Shown here: piece by piece, positions 17,368-27,861 of the stretch | Numbering within the stretch: position 1 is the first letter of the stretch | How the letters are laid out: each line of letters opens with the position of its first letter | Assembly (NCBI GenBank): GCA_963677895.2 | Contig: CAXXGJ010000006.1 | Span: forward strand, 1-64,000 | Reading direction: 5' to 3' | Length of the DNA: 64,000 nucleotides | DNA from: Treponemataceae bacterium | GTDB taxonomy: Bacteria > Spirochaetota > Spirochaetia > Treponematales > Rectinemataceae | Made by a program: the position numbers and the translations under genes | The notes under the pieces: model-generated | Seen by the model: only the letters and a program-made list of their open reading frames with translations | Databases searched by the model: none | Told to the model about the DNA's origin: nothing

Positions 17368-20300
17368 CTATTGGACCTCGCCGGGGGCCATGGCCGATTG
17401 CGAAAGCCGCGATCCGACGGGGGTTTTCTCGACGACGATGCAGGCGGGGATGCGCGAGCGCAGGGCTCCCACGTGGGACACGATGCCGATCACCCTCGAG
17501 CCGCGGATCTTGTCCAGCACGGAAATGGCCCGGTCGAGCGTCTCGTCGTCGAGGGAGCCGAACCCCTCGTCTATGAAGACCGCGTCGAGGGAAACGCCGC
17601 CGTTCTGGTCGCGGATGGAATCCGCGAGACCGAGGGCGAGACTTATCGACGTGAGGAATTTCTCGCCGCCCGATAGGGTGGTCGTGGGGCGGTCGAGACC
17701 AGTCCAGGAATCGAGAACCCTAAGCCCGAGGCCGATCTTGCCGCGCCCAGAACCGACGCCAGGGCCTTCCTCGGGCTTGAGGTAATACCTGCCGTCCGAC
17801 ATCCGCGAAAGATGCACCGAAGCGCGCCTCGTCACTTCGCGGAAATACATCGCCAGCACGAAATTCTTGAAGGTGAGGCGCTTGCCCGGTATTTCGCCAC
17901 GCAGGAGTTCGGAAAGGCGATAGAGGCTGCGGCTGCCCGCTTCGAGGGCATCCCGTTGCAGCAGAAGGGCGGAGCGGCGCGCGAGCGTTTCCTCGAGGCG
18001 GCCGATGGAGAGGCGGCAGGCGTTGGAACGCTCGCGCGCCGCGTCCAGCGCCGCTTGCGCCTCGCGAAGAGCAGCCTCCAGAAAAGCCATGTCGGGCAGC
18101 TCCATTCCGGGAGGGGGAAGATCGGCCTCGAGGGATGTTGCCAGGGCTCGCGCAGCGGCCAGGGACTCCCTGTAGGCGGAAACCGCCCGCTCCTCGACGG
18201 CGAGGACTCCCGAAGGGACCAGGCGGGCTTGTACCTGCGCGATGGCCTGGCCGAGGCCGCCGCAGCCTTCACCCAAAACCGCTTCCACCGCCAAGGCACC
18301 CTGAAAGGGGAGCGCCAGGGCCGCGGTCTTCTCATTCTCCGGAAGAAAACCCTCCTGCGAAAGCGACTCGGCGAGCCGGGAGAACTCGGCCCAAAGAGAG
18401 GCGAGCGAAGCGTCCTTTTCGCGCTCTATCGTCGCCGATCGCGCCTTAGTCGTCGCGAGCCTTTCTTCCCAAGTCGAACATTCGGCCTCGAGCCCCGATT
18501 TTTCCTTTTCGAGCGCCTCGAGCGCCTTCAGCGCGGCGCCGTGCCGGGGCGTCGGATCCTCCCGCCCCGATTCGCGTTCCGCTTCCAGCACTAACGCTTT
18601 TTTCGCCGCGAGCTCAGCCCTGGCCTTTTCGGTCTGAACGCGAAGCGCCTCGAGAACATTTACCCGTTGGGCAAGGATTTTTTCCGAGGCCGCGGCCTCG
18701 CGACGGCGCGCCTCGAAGCGGGAAGCGAGCAACTTGCCCTCTGAGAGCGCCGCGGCATTCTCCCGCGAAAAGCGCGCGAGATTCAGGCCGAAGGAAGCCG
18801 TGGCCTTTTCGTCGAGGCAAGCGGCCCAGGAAGCGATTCCGCCGACCCCGCGGCTAATTTCTTCGGGAATGATCCCCGCTTCCGACAGCGCCGCGCCAAT
18901 GACTTCGATACTCTCTCCCATCTCGGCGCCAAGGGTGTTGAGCGCGGCGCCTATTTCGCCTAACCTTTCGCCGGCGTGGACAAGGCTGGCCGCGAGACCG
19001 GCCGCATCGGCGGAAAGCCGCGCCCTCGCCGATTCGATATCGGAAAAGGAAGGAGAGCCGCTTTCAGCGGGAAGCGCCGCGGGCGAAGGGTGATCCCGGG
19101 ATCCGCAGACGGGGCAAGGTTCCCCGGGGAGCAGACTCCCCGCCAGATGAAAGGCCTCGGAATGCGCGGCGGCGGCTTCCAAGGCGGCCAAGTCGGTCGC
19201 GGCCTTTTCACCAGCGGCGACTGTTTCACGATGCGCGATTTCGTAGTCGCGTTTCGATTTTTCCGCTTTGTCGTAATCGACGAATAACGTTGAGCGACGC
19301 TTTGTCTGTTCCGCGACGAGAGCAATACCCGATGATAAAGACTGGAGACGCTCCAGATCGGCGCGCAGAAGAGATTCCTCGTCAGGCTTCGGCTTCAACG
19401 CGTCGATTTCGCGTTTAAACGCGTCTACTCCGGCAACTTCGCTCGCATAACGTCCATCCAATTCAAGGGAAAGCCTCTCGGCTCCGGCGCAAGCCCCGAG
19501 GGCCTCGGCGCGGCGTTTCCAAACTTCCACGGCCTTCCCCAGGCCGAAGACTTCCTGCCGCTTCACCTGAATGAGGGAAGCGCATTCCCCTATCCTCGCG
19601 CGCTTGGCGTCGACCCCGGGACGGGCAGCCGCGAAAGTGCGCAGCTCCTCCGAAAGAAGAGCGGCGCGGCCCGACAGATCGAGAGCCGCGGCCTTGGCCT
19701 TGGAAAAAGCCAGGGCAAAAGGAGCCGCCGAGGCCGCGGCCTTGGCAAGGCCCAGCCGCGCCGCCCGGGACTCCTCCGCCGCGCCCTGTTCCTCCAGCGC
19801 CGCAAGCGTCTTTACCGCCTCCCGCGCCTTGGCCGCCCGCGCCGCCCTTTCCTTTTCCCTCTCCAGAGCCCGCTCGCGGGCGGCGGCCTCGCCCATAGCC
19901 CCGGCTTCCAGCCCCAAAACCGTCTCCAATTCTCCCTTCAGAGCGGCAAGCCTCGCGTCGGGCTCCTCCCCCAGCTCAGCCTCCAGACGCGAAATCTCCG
20001 CGTCTAAAACCGAAAGCTCCAGCTTCGCGCCCTGGGTCCTCGCCTTCGCAATCTCCGTGATCCTCTCGTGGAGCCCGACGGGAAAAAGCTTTTCGAGCAC
20101 CTGGCTCCTCTCGGTAGACTCCATCTCCAGAAACTTCTGGAAATCGCCCTGAGGAAGGAGAATTATCTTGGAAAACTCATCGGCGCTGAGCCCGATGAGC
20201 TTGGAAATCTTCTCGTTCGCGTCCCTCACCCCGTCGGCCAGGACTCGCCAGCCGCCCGCTGAAGCGGGGTCGGCCGCGAAGAAAGCCGCGGCGGGAGGCA

Positions 20301-20625
20301 CCTCAATCAGGCCGCCGCCGCGCTTGGGCCTCGTAAAAGGCGCCGTGCGCAGAACCCTGTAACCGGTCCCGGAAAGCGAAAACTCGAACTCCACCGTCGG
20401 CTTGTCGCCAGGCTTCGCGAAATCCGACACAAGCTCGGCCTCGAAACCCTTCCGGGCGCCCGGCGCCTGACCGAACAGCGCGTAAGTAATGGCGTCGAAA
20501 AGAGTGGATTTGCCCGAACCCGTCTTTCCGCAGATGAGGAAGAATTCTCCTAATTGGGTAAAATCGATCTCGGCCCTGTCGCGATAGGGACCGAAGTTTT
20601 CCAGGGCGAGCCTAATTGGACGCAT
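17368..20625 (-). CDS. sbcC: SbcC SMC-like ATPase
   Basis: Walker A GKTGSGKS, LPQGDF Q-loop, CPVCGS zinc hook, LSGGE, DEGFGSLD. Confidence 0.93.
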   Translation of the reverse strand: MRPIRLALENFGPYRDRAEIDFTQLGEFFLICGKTGSGKSTLFDAITYALFGQAPGARKGFEAELVSDFAKPGDKPTVEFEFSLSGTGYRVLRTAPFTRPKRGGGLIEVPPAAAFFAADPASAGGWRVLADGVRDANEKISKLIGLSADEFSKIILLPQGDFQKFLEMESTERSQVLEKLFPVGLHERITEIAKARTQGAKLELSVLDAEISRLEAELGEEPDARLAALKGELETVLGLEAGAMGEAAARERALEREKERAARAAKAREAVKTLAALEEQGAAEESRAARLGLAKAAASAAPFALAFSKAKAAALDLSGRAALLSEELRTFAAARPGVDAKRARIGECASLIQVKRQEVFGLGKAVEVWKRRAEALGACAGAERLSLELDGRYASEVAGVDAFKREIDALKPKPDEESLLRADLERLQSLSSGIALVAEQTKRRSTLFVDYDKAEKSKRDYEIAHRETVAAGEKAATDLAALEAAAAHSEAFHLAGSLLPGEPCPVCGSRDHPSPAALPAESGSPSFSDIESARARLSADAAGLAASLVHAGERLGEIGAALNTLGAEMGESIEVIGAALSEAGIIPEEISRGVGGIASWAACLDEKATASFGLNLARFSRENAAALSEGKLLASRFEARRREAAASEKILAQRVNVLEALRVQTEKARAELAAKKALVLEAERESGREDPTPRHGAALKALEALEKEKSGLEAECSTWEERLATTKARSATIEREKDASLASLWAEFSRLAESLSQEGFLPENEKTAALALPFQGALAVEAVLGEGCGGLGQAIAQVQARLVPSGVLAVEERAVSAYRESLAAARALATSLEADLPPPGMELPDMAFLEAALREAQAALDAARERSNACRLSIGRLEETLARRSALLLQRDALEAGSRSLYRLSELLRGEIPGKRLTFKNFVLAMYFREVTRRASVHLSRMSDGRYYLKPEEGPGVGSGRGKIGLGLRVLDSWTGLDRPTTTLSGGEKFLTSISLALGLADSIRDQNGGVSLDAVFIDEGFGSLDDETLDRAISVLDKIRGSRVIGIVSHVGALRSRIPACIVVEKTPVGSRLSQSAMAPGEVQ

Positions 20626-21835
20626 CGGAAGCCTCCCTGGCCATGGCCTCGAAGAGGGCGACCATTCCCTCGGGCGGCTGCTCCCCCGTCATCTCTGCGT
20701 GAAAGGCGAGGAAATCTTCCTTCGCGGTTTCCAGACGATCGGGAACCCCGCGACCGCCCCGCGCGCGCCGCAGCGCGTCCAGAGCCGCATCGCCATCCCC
20801 GGCGTCGCCCCAGCGCAGCTCGAAAGCCCGCTGCGGCGCGCCCAGGAGCCGCGGATACAGCGCCTTCAGCCTCTCCCCCGCGTTCAGCACCGGCTCCTCG
20901 TCGCAGAGATAGACCTCGATATAGTCGTCCCGATCTGCCTCGGGCAGGGGATTCGCGACCAGCTCGTCGAAAAAGCCCGAAAGTCGGCGCAGCTGCCGCT
21001 TAGGCAGAAGGGGAACCGACTCGACGCGCGGCGCCTTGCCCGCGAGAACCTCCACCGAAAGAAAACCCTTTGCCCTGCCTGCCTCCCCCACCGAATAGGC
21101 AAGCGGCGCTCCGCAATACCAGACATGAGGCGCCGGGCTCTGCTCGGAATGGAGATGGCCCAGGGCGACATAGTCGAAACCCTCGAAGAGACCGCAGTCG
21201 ACCTGCTCGGCCGCGCCCAAAAAAGCCAGCTCGCTGTCGACCGTGAACGCGCCCGAGGCGAAACAGTGCGCCGCGAGGATATTCGCCGCGCCCGGTTCCA
21301 ATTTTAAGCGTATCGAAGCCAGCGCCAGCCTCATCAGCTCCTGCTGGGAGCGAATTGAAACGGCCGTTTCTCCGTCGCCCGCGCCGCCCCCCTCGCCGGC
21401 GGCGGCCAGCTCCCCCCAGTCCGCGCTCATCTGGGTCAGGAAGGGCAGGACCCAGACGGCGACGCGCTCAGCGCCTTCCCCTACGACGAAGGCCGGCGAG
21501 CCTTCCACCCGCGTGGCGATGCAAAGCCCCGAATCGGCCAGGAGGGAGGCGCCGAAGGAAAGCCTCCCCGCCGAATCATGATTCCCTGAAAGCACCACGA
21601 TGCGCAGGCCGGGCGCCGCCCTGCGGGCGGCGCCCAGGAAAGCGTCAAAAAGATGTATGGCCTCGACGGGCGGAATCGCCCTGTCGTAGATATCGCCCGC
21701 TATGAGGAGAGCCTCAGGCTTCAGCTCCCCAATCTTCGCGACCACCTGATCGAGAATATATGCCTGATCGTCGAGAAGGTCGTAGCCGTGGAGGGTCTTG
21801 CCGAGGTGGAGATCGGAGAGGTGAAAAAATCTCAT
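20612..21835 (-). CDS. sbcD: SbcD nuclease
   Basis: HLSDLHLG, AGDIYD, GNHDS, LGHLH metallophosphoesterase motifs; start MRFFH at 21835. Confidence 0.93.
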   Translation of the reverse strand: MRFFHLSDLHLGKTLHGYDLLDDQAYILDQVVAKIGELKPEALLIAGDIYDRAIPPVEAIHLFDAFLGAARRAAPGLRIVVLSGNHDSAGRLSFGASLLADSGLCIATRVEGSPAFVVGEGAERVAVWVLPFLTQMSADWGELAAAGEGGGAGDGETAVSIRSQQELMRLALASIRLKLEPGAANILAAHCFASGAFTVDSELAFLGAAEQVDCGLFEGFDYVALGHLHSEQSPAPHVWYCGAPLAYSVGEAGRAKGFLSVEVLAGKAPRVESVPLLPKRQLRRLSGFFDELVANPLPEADRDDYIEVYLCDEEPVLNAGERLKALYPRLLGAPQRAFELRWGDAGDGDAALDALRRARGGRGVPDRLETAKEDFLAFHAEMTGEQPPEGMVALFEAMAREASDASN

Positions 21836-21841
21836 GGGACT

Positions 21842-21871
21842 AGAATGGGGCGACGAAGCGCCGCAGGTCAA
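21842..21871 (-). promoter_or_regulatory. sbcDC promoter, probably leaderless
   Basis: Minus strand TTGACC-N18-CATTCT-N6-ATG(21835); no SD. Confidence 0.6.
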
Positions 21872-21898
21872 GGGAAATCCGCCGCCGGCCCAGCGCTA

Positions 21899-22778
21899 TC
21901 AGCCTGGCGCCGCCAGCACCCCCGCGGCCCTATTCGAACAGCTCCCCAGCCACTCGACACAGAGGTACATCCAGGAGGAAACATGGGGATCGGGCTCCTT
22001 GCCCTCGACGCTCGTCTCCTCGGTGGCGAGGGAAAGCCCATGGACCCCCTCGGGATAGACATGGTACTCGAAGGGAACGCCAGCGCGCCTCAGAGCGCCG
22101 GCGAAAAGAAGACTGTTTTCAAGGGGTACGGCCTCGTCGGCGTAGGTATGCCAGAGAAAAGTGGGCGGCGTCTTTTCGTTCACATGCAGCTCCAGCGACA
22201 CCTCCTCAAGTACCTGAGGATCGGCCTTAGGCCCAAGGAGATTCTCGAAGGAGCCCCTGTGCGCGAAAGGACCAGAGGTGACGACAGGATAGCCCAGGAT
22301 GAGGGCGTCGGGACGATTCAGCCCCGGCTCGATCCCTTTCAGCGCCGCTGTGCCGCCATCGCCGGAAGCGTTGAGCGACAGAGGATTGTCCCAGTAGACC
22401 CCCAGACTCGCCGCCAGATGGGCGCCGGCGGAAAAACCGCAGAGGGCTATGCGCCCGGGATGGATCATGTACGCCTCCGCGCGCTTCCGGAGCACGCAGA
22501 GCGCCTTCGAAACGTCGAGGAGGGCGAGCGGGTAACGCCTGAGGCGCGACGCTGTAATGCAGGACGAAGGCGTGATAGCCGGCCGCGTTGAACTGCAGGG
22601 CCACCGGCTCGGATTCCCTCGGGGAGAGGAAACCGTATCCCCCGCCCGGACAGATCAGGACGGCCGCCCTCTTCCTGTTGCCGTCCAGGACATAGGTATC
22701 GATGACGGGAGCGAAACCGTCGCCCATGTCGCCGCCATATTCGCCCCTGCCCCATACATCGATCGTCTCGTGAATCAT
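21899..22778 (-). pseudogene. Alpha/beta hydrolase (acetyl esterase-like) split by a 1-bp frameshift
   Basis: N-half (ICPGGGY...HYSVAP) and C-half (RRYPLALLD...GFSAG...DEAVP...HGL) are in different frames; one extra base near 22541-22543. Confidence 0.8.
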
Positions 22779-22855
22779 CGCCAGACTCCTTGCGTCTTTC
22801 ATCATACATCAAAACGACGATGGTGCCAGCCCGATATTCATTGTACAATTCCGCC

Positions 22856-23656
22856 ATGCTGCGCCTGCTGATCATCGACGACGAAGCCGCCATAAGGGCG
22901 GGAATCTCGGCCTACTTTCCCTGGGCGAGCCTGGGCATAGAGGTGGCTGCCACCTGCCAGGACGGCCTCGAAGCCCTCGCCGCGATGGAAACGACGAAAT
23001 TCGACCTCGTCCTCTGCGACATCAGGATGCCCCGCATGGACGGCATCGCCTTCGCTGAAAAAGTGCGGGAGCGCGGATACCCCTGCGACATCGTCTTCAT
23101 CAGCGCCTACAAGGACTTCGCCTACGCCAAGAAAGCCATAGAACTGGGCGCCAGGGAATACATCGTCAAGCCGGCGGGCTACGAGGAACTCAACGAAGTC
23201 TTTTCGAAAATCGTGAAGGAACGCGCCGCGGCCGCCGCGGCAGCATCCAACGGAGCATCGGCCAACGCTGCGACGGAGGCCGCCCATCCCGGCAACCCCG
23301 CCCAGCCGGCCAGCCTGGCCGAGCGCACCCTGCGGCTCTTTCAGCAGGACCTCGCCGACATCTGCCTCTCCTCGATCGCCGTAAAACTGAACATGAGCCC
23401 GAACTACCTGAGCGCGAAACTGCACCAGGAAACGGGCAGGACCTTCTCCGAACTCCTCCTGGACGCGCGGATGAAGGAGGCCGAACGCCTCCTCGCCGAC
23501 CCCGCCAACCGCGTCGGCGCCATAAGCGCCCGCGTCGGCTACGCCAACACCAAAAGCTTCATCCGCGCCTTCAGGCTCCACTTCGGCTGCTCGCCCACGG
23601 CCTACCGCTACGCGGTCCGGCAGACGTCCAACGACCGGCATTCCTCCGATGAATAG
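22856..23656 (+). CDS. Response regulator, REC + AraC HTH (YesN-like)
   Basis: LIIDDE, DIRMPRMDG, YIVKP; C-terminal AraC motif VGY..TKSF.RAF..HFG.SP..YR; TACAAT 6 nt before the ATG. Confidence 0.9.
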   Translation: MLRLLIIDDEAAIRAGISAYFPWASLGIEVAATCQDGLEALAAMETTKFDLVLCDIRMPRMDGIAFAEKVRERGYPCDIVFISAYKDFAYAKKAIELGAREYIVKPAGYEELNEVFSKIVKERAAAAAAASNGASANAATEAAHPGNPAQPASLAERTLRLFQQDLADICLSSIAVKLNMSPNYLSAKLHQETGRTFSELLLDARMKEAERLLADPANRVGAISARVGYANTKSFIRAFRLHFGCSPTAYRYAVRQTSNDRHSSDE

Positions 23657-25460
23657 AAAAACGCCAGCCTGGGATTCACCCGCCCTGTCCTTCCTGAAGA
23701 AACTCCTCCTCTCCCTCCTGCCCGTCGTCGTGCCCCTCCTCATGCTCGGCTTCGCGGCCATCTATTTCGCCAACAGCTTCATAAGCAGGGAAACCGCCAC
23801 CGCCACGAGCCGCCAGCTGGACAACCTGAAGGACATGGTCGACGTCACCATGTTCGAACTGGACGCCCTCAACCTCACCTTCAGCGTGAACACCAAGATA
23901 ATATCCAGCGTCGACGAACTCCTGAGCGGAAAACCCCTCGGCGTCGAGGAAGTCACCTTCTCCAAGACCCTCAACGACCTTTTGAGCGCCCAGAGCAACG
24001 CCCGCCCCTACGTGGACTCGATCTACTTCTACCTCGACCGCTACCCGGAACGCCTCCTCTCGGTGACCGACGGCATAATGCATATGGACAGCTTCATGGA
24101 CACCGACTGGCTCAAGACCTACGAATCCTTCCCCGAAAACCAGCTCCTGTGGACAGAAACCAGGGAAGTCCGCCACTTCAGCTTCGAGACGACGCCCCTG
24201 CCCCTCTTCACCGTCTACCGCCGCCTCTACCCCGCCAGCCACGGGCGTACCGGCGTCATCGTGATGAACATCGACAGGAGTCACTTCGACGAACTCATGT
24301 CCCGGGCCTCCCAGTTCGAAGGCCAGGAAGTCTACCTCCTCGACCAGAACGGCCGCCTTATCCTCTCGGCAGGCGACAGGCGGGAACTCAGCGCCCTCAG
24401 CAAAAAAATCCTCGGCGAAAACAGGGAGACCCTGGCCAAACAGACCTACGAAGGCTCGTCCTACTATACCTATTCCTCGGCCACCTCCCGCTACGGCTGG
24501 CGCGTCGTTTCCATAATCCCCGCCTCGAGCCTGGAAAGCTTTTCCGTCACCCTGAAGAAACTCATCCTCTGGATGCTGGCCATCGCCCTCCTCATAGGCG
24601 CGGCCATGACCCTCTCCATAGCCCGAAGGAACGCGCGCAGGGTGGAAGCCGTCACCGAACTCTTCAAAAAAGCCGAACGCGGCGAGGAACTCCCCGAAAA
24701 CCCGCCCCTCCTCCACGACGAATACGACTACATGGTGGAAACCCTCATCCGCAGCTTCCTCACGCAGCGCTACGCCGGCCTGCAGCTCTCCGAGCGCCAG
24801 GCCCAGGCCAAGGTTCTCGAACTCAAGGCCCTGCGCGCCCAGATGAACCCCCACTTCCTCTTCAACACCCTGGGATCCCTCTACTGGATGGTCTTCGGCA
24901 CCGAAGGCAAACCCTCGCCGGCCTCATCCATGATCCAGGACCTCTCCGTCCTCCTGAAATATTCCCTCGAGGAAAGCGAGGAAGTCAGCCTGGCCGACGA
25001 AATAGCCGCGGCCAAGCGCTACCTGTCCATCCAGCGCTTCCGCTACAGCGAAAAATTCCAGGCGCAGTGGGAGATCGAAAAGGAAGCCCTCGGCCGCAAG
25101 GTCGTCAAGTTTTTCCTACAGCCCCTCCTGGAGAACGCCATCTACCATGGAATACGAAACAAGGAAGGACAGGGCCTGATCCGCATAACGGCTTCAGTGG
25201 ATAAGCCGAGAGGCCTCCTCCTCGTCCAGGTGGAAGACTCGGGCGAAGGCATGGACGAGGCGCGCCTTTCCGAGGTCCGCGCCATGCTGAACGCGGAAGC
25301 CCAGTCGGGCGACCATATAGGCCTCCACAATACGAATCGGCACATAAGGCTCATCTTCGGAAACCAGTACGGCATCGACATAAAAAGCGCGCCCGGCCGG
25401 GGTACGTCGGTCAACGTCAGTTTTCCCCTGATACCCGCGACGCCGCCCATCGTTGATTGA
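23649..25460 (+). CDS. Sensor histidine kinase (YesM/LytS-type)
   Basis: Two TMs flanking a Cache-like region; AQMNPHFLFNTL, LQPLLENAIYHG, HIGL.N. Confidence 0.92.
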   Translation: MNRKTPAWDSPALSFLKKLLLSLLPVVVPLLMLGFAAIYFANSFISRETATATSRQLDNLKDMVDVTMFELDALNLTFSVNTKIISSVDELLSGKPLGVEEVTFSKTLNDLLSAQSNARPYVDSIYFYLDRYPERLLSVTDGIMHMDSFMDTDWLKTYESFPENQLLWTETREVRHFSFETTPLPLFTVYRRLYPASHGRTGVIVMNIDRSHFDELMSRASQFEGQEVYLLDQNGRLILSAGDRRELSALSKKILGENRETLAKQTYEGSSYYTYSSATSRYGWRVVSIIPASSLESFSVTLKKLILWMLAIALLIGAAMTLSIARRNARRVEAVTELFKKAERGEELPENPPLLHDEYDYMVETLIRSFLTQRYAGLQLSERQAQAKVLELKALRAQMNPHFLFNTLGSLYWMVFGTEGKPSPASSMIQDLSVLLKYSLEESEEVSLADEIAAAKRYLSIQRFRYSEKFQAQWEIEKEALGRKVVKFFLQPLLENAIYHGIRNKEGQGLIRITASVDKPRGLLLVQVEDSGEGMDEARLSEVRAMLNAEAQSGDHIGLHNTNRHIRLIFGNQYGIDIKSAPGRGTSVNVSFPLIPATPPIVD

Positions 25461-25605
25461 GCACCCTTTTCGTTGATTGCGCTACCTTTCGCGGAAATTC
25501 GTGGTTTGGGCAACCCAATTCATAACAGATAATCCCTATCGCGTATGAAAATACGGCTCTACCATCGAAGGGAACTCCCCTATCCGGGGAGCACAAGGAG
25601 GATCC

Positions 25606-26886
25606 ATGTTCAATAAAAGTTCGACCGGCAGATCCGCGTTCGCCAAATTCGTGGCGATAGCGATGCTGTGTTTCGCCGTCGGCGGGGCTTTCGCCCAGAA
25701 ACAGACAACCATCCGCATGGCGTGGTGGGGCGGCGAAACCCGACACAAGGCCACCGTCGCCGCGGCCGAGGCCTTCATGAAGAAGTACCCCAACATCACG
25801 GTCAAGACCGAATACTCGGGCTTCGAAGGCTACTACGACAAGCTCATCACCCAGCTCGCCGCCGGGACCGGCCCCGATGTCTTCCAGTTCATGATCAGCT
25901 GGTTCGGCGACTTCCAGAAGAGCCCCGAAATGTTCGCCGACCTCACGAAAGTGCCCGGCCTCGACCTCGCCGGTTGGCCGCAGACTTCCTTCGAATATGG
26001 CACGCTCGGCACCAAGCTCATCGGCATGCCGCTGGGCGCCAACGGCCGCATCCTCGTCTACAACAAGACCCTGGCGGAAAAACTCGGCGTCGACATAGAC
26101 AAGTACTTCACCTGGGAATCCTTCGGCAAAGCAATCAAGGCAGCGAAGGCGAAAGACCCCTCCGTCATCGGCTACTCGGGCACCATGGACCAGTACGGCT
26201 ACCCCCTCATCTCCTACCTCGTGCAGAAGACCGGAAAACCCTACATCTCCAAGGACGCCGAATTCGGCTTCACCGAAAAAGATCTCGCCGAAGGCCTCGA
26301 AATGTTCAAGGGCTGGTTCGCCGACGGCACCTTCCAGTCGCTCGAGAAGACCGTCCTCCTGAAAGCCTCCTGGTCCGACCCCGACTGGCTCAACGGCAAG
26401 GTCCTCTTCAGCGAGACGCCGGTAACGCAGGTTTCCCAGCACCTCAAATACAAATATGAAGTCGGCTTCACACGCTACCCCGTCATCGCGGGCGCCAAAC
26501 TCACCGGCGTCGAAGTCGGCCCGAACCTGATGTTCTGCATCAACGCCAAGACGAAGGACATGGACGCCGTCGTCAAGCTCGCCAACTTCCTCAACACCGA
26601 TCCCGAAGGCGCCAAACTCATGGCCCTCGAGCGCGGCGTGCCGACCAACAAGAAAGCCTACGACGTCCTCGTCAAGGCAGGCATGATCGACGACATAACC
26701 AAGGTGTCGATGAGGCTGATCGACGACACCGACACGGGCAAATATTCCTACTTCGACCCCGTGGAAATCCGCGACCTCCTCCACACCGCCCTCCAGCAGG
26801 TCGGCCTGAAAGGAAACGTGAGCGCCGATGCCGCGGCCAAGGAATTCTACACCAAGGCTTCCAAGGTCCTGAAGAACTTCAAATAA
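25606..26886 (+). CDS. Carbohydrate ABC substrate-binding protein (TogB/YesO-like)
   Basis: Signal peptide; RMAWWGGETRH, YYDKLITQLAAGTGPDV, ERGVP. Confidence 0.88.
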   Translation: MFNKSSTGRSAFAKFVAIAMLCFAVGGAFAQKQTTIRMAWWGGETRHKATVAAAEAFMKKYPNITVKTEYSGFEGYYDKLITQLAAGTGPDVFQFMISWFGDFQKSPEMFADLTKVPGLDLAGWPQTSFEYGTLGTKLIGMPLGANGRILVYNKTLAEKLGVDIDKYFTWESFGKAIKAAKAKDPSVIGYSGTMDQYGYPLISYLVQKTGKPYISKDAEFGFTEKDLAEGLEMFKGWFADGTFQSLEKTVLLKASWSDPDWLNGKVLFSETPVTQVSQHLKYKYEVGFTRYPVIAGAKLTGVEVGPNLMFCINAKTKDMDAVVKLANFLNTDPEGAKLMALERGVPTNKKAYDVLVKAGMIDDITKVSMRLIDDTDTGKYSYFDPVEIRDLLHTALQQVGLKGNVSADAAAKEFYTKASKVLKNFK

Positions 26887-26910
26887 GCGACAGCGCTTTT
26901 CGTAGATGGC

Positions 26911-26961
26911 GCGAAGGCGGCCGCCCGACTGATCCACCAGAATCGGGGCGGCCGCCTTCGC
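26911..26961 (+). other. Intercistronic 16-bp hairpin after the SBP gene
   Basis: GCGAAGGCGGCCGCCC...GGGCGGCCGCCTTCGC, no U tail, abutting the next SD (GGAGG). Confidence 0.7.
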
Positions 26962-26971
26962 CGGAGGTTTC

Positions 26972-27859
26972 ATGAGTTCCCTGACCAAGCACAACCGGGT
27001 GGCCTATCTCTATATCGCGCCCTGGCTCATAGGTTTTTTCTGCCTCACCCTCGTCCCCTTCGTCTCGACCTTCGCCTTTTCCTTCACCGACTACTCCGTG
27101 CTGAGGCCGCCCAAGTTCGTCGGCCTGGCCAACTACGTCAAGATGTTCACCGAAGACGACCTCTTCCCCAAATCCCTCTGGGTCACCACGAAGTATGTCT
27201 TCATCTCGGTGCCCCTCAAGCTCGCCTTCGCCCTGCTCGTCGCCATCATCCTGAACAAGAATATCAAGGGAATCGGCCTCTACCGAACCATTTACTATAT
27301 GCCGTCCATCTTCGGCGGCAGCGTAGCCCTCTCCATCCTCTGGCGCATGCTCTTCCAGGGCGACGGCTTCATCAACCGCCTCCTCGCCGCTGTGGGAATC
27401 ATGGGCCCCGACTGGCTGGGCGACCAGCGCTTTTCCCTCATCACGATAAGCCTCCTCCAGGTCTGGCAGTTCGGCTCCTCGATGGTTCTCTTCCTCGCCG
27501 CCCTCAAGCAGGTGCCCGAATACCTCTATGAGGCGGCCCGAATAGACGGCGCCGGCAAGCTGCGCATCTTCCGCAGCATCACCCTGCCCCTCATAACGCC
27601 CATCGTCTTCTTCAATCTCGTTATGCAGACGGTCAACGCCTTCCAGAGCTTCACGACGGCCTTCGTCATCACGGCGGGAGGACCTCTCCACTCCACCTAC
27701 CTCTACGCCATCCTCCTCTACGACAACGCCTTCAAATACTTCAAGATGGGCTACGCCTCGGCGCTGTCATGGGTGCTCTTCATGATCCTCATGGTGGTCA
27801 CCGGCTTCCTCTTCAAGTCCTCCTCGAGCTGGATGCACTACATGGATACGGAGAACTGA
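26972..27859 (+). CDS. Carbohydrate ABC permease
   Basis: YLYIAPWLIGF, LYEAARIDGA EAA loop, MGYASAL. Confidence 0.92.
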   Translation: MSSLTKHNRVAYLYIAPWLIGFFCLTLVPFVSTFAFSFTDYSVLRPPKFVGLANYVKMFTEDDLFPKSLWVTTKYVFISVPLKLAFALLVAIILNKNIKGIGLYRTIYYMPSIFGGSVALSILWRMLFQGDGFINRLLAAVGIMGPDWLGDQRFSLITISLLQVWQFGSSMVLFLAALKQVPEYLYEAARIDGAGKLRIFRSITLPLITPIVFFNLVMQTVNAFQSFTTAFVITAGGPLHSTYLYAILLYDNAFKYFKMGYASALSWVLFMILMVVTGFLFKSSSSWMHYMDTEN

Positions 27860-27861
27860 GC

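Noticed and set aside
17368..21835. SMC ATPase plus nuclease as a Wadjet/Lamassu-type defence system
   Set aside because: Canonical sbcD-sbcC order, zinc hook and mostly host-like composition indicate ordinary SbcCD
22530..22550. Programmed frameshift in the esterase
   Set aside because: No slippery heptamer or homopolymer at the junction
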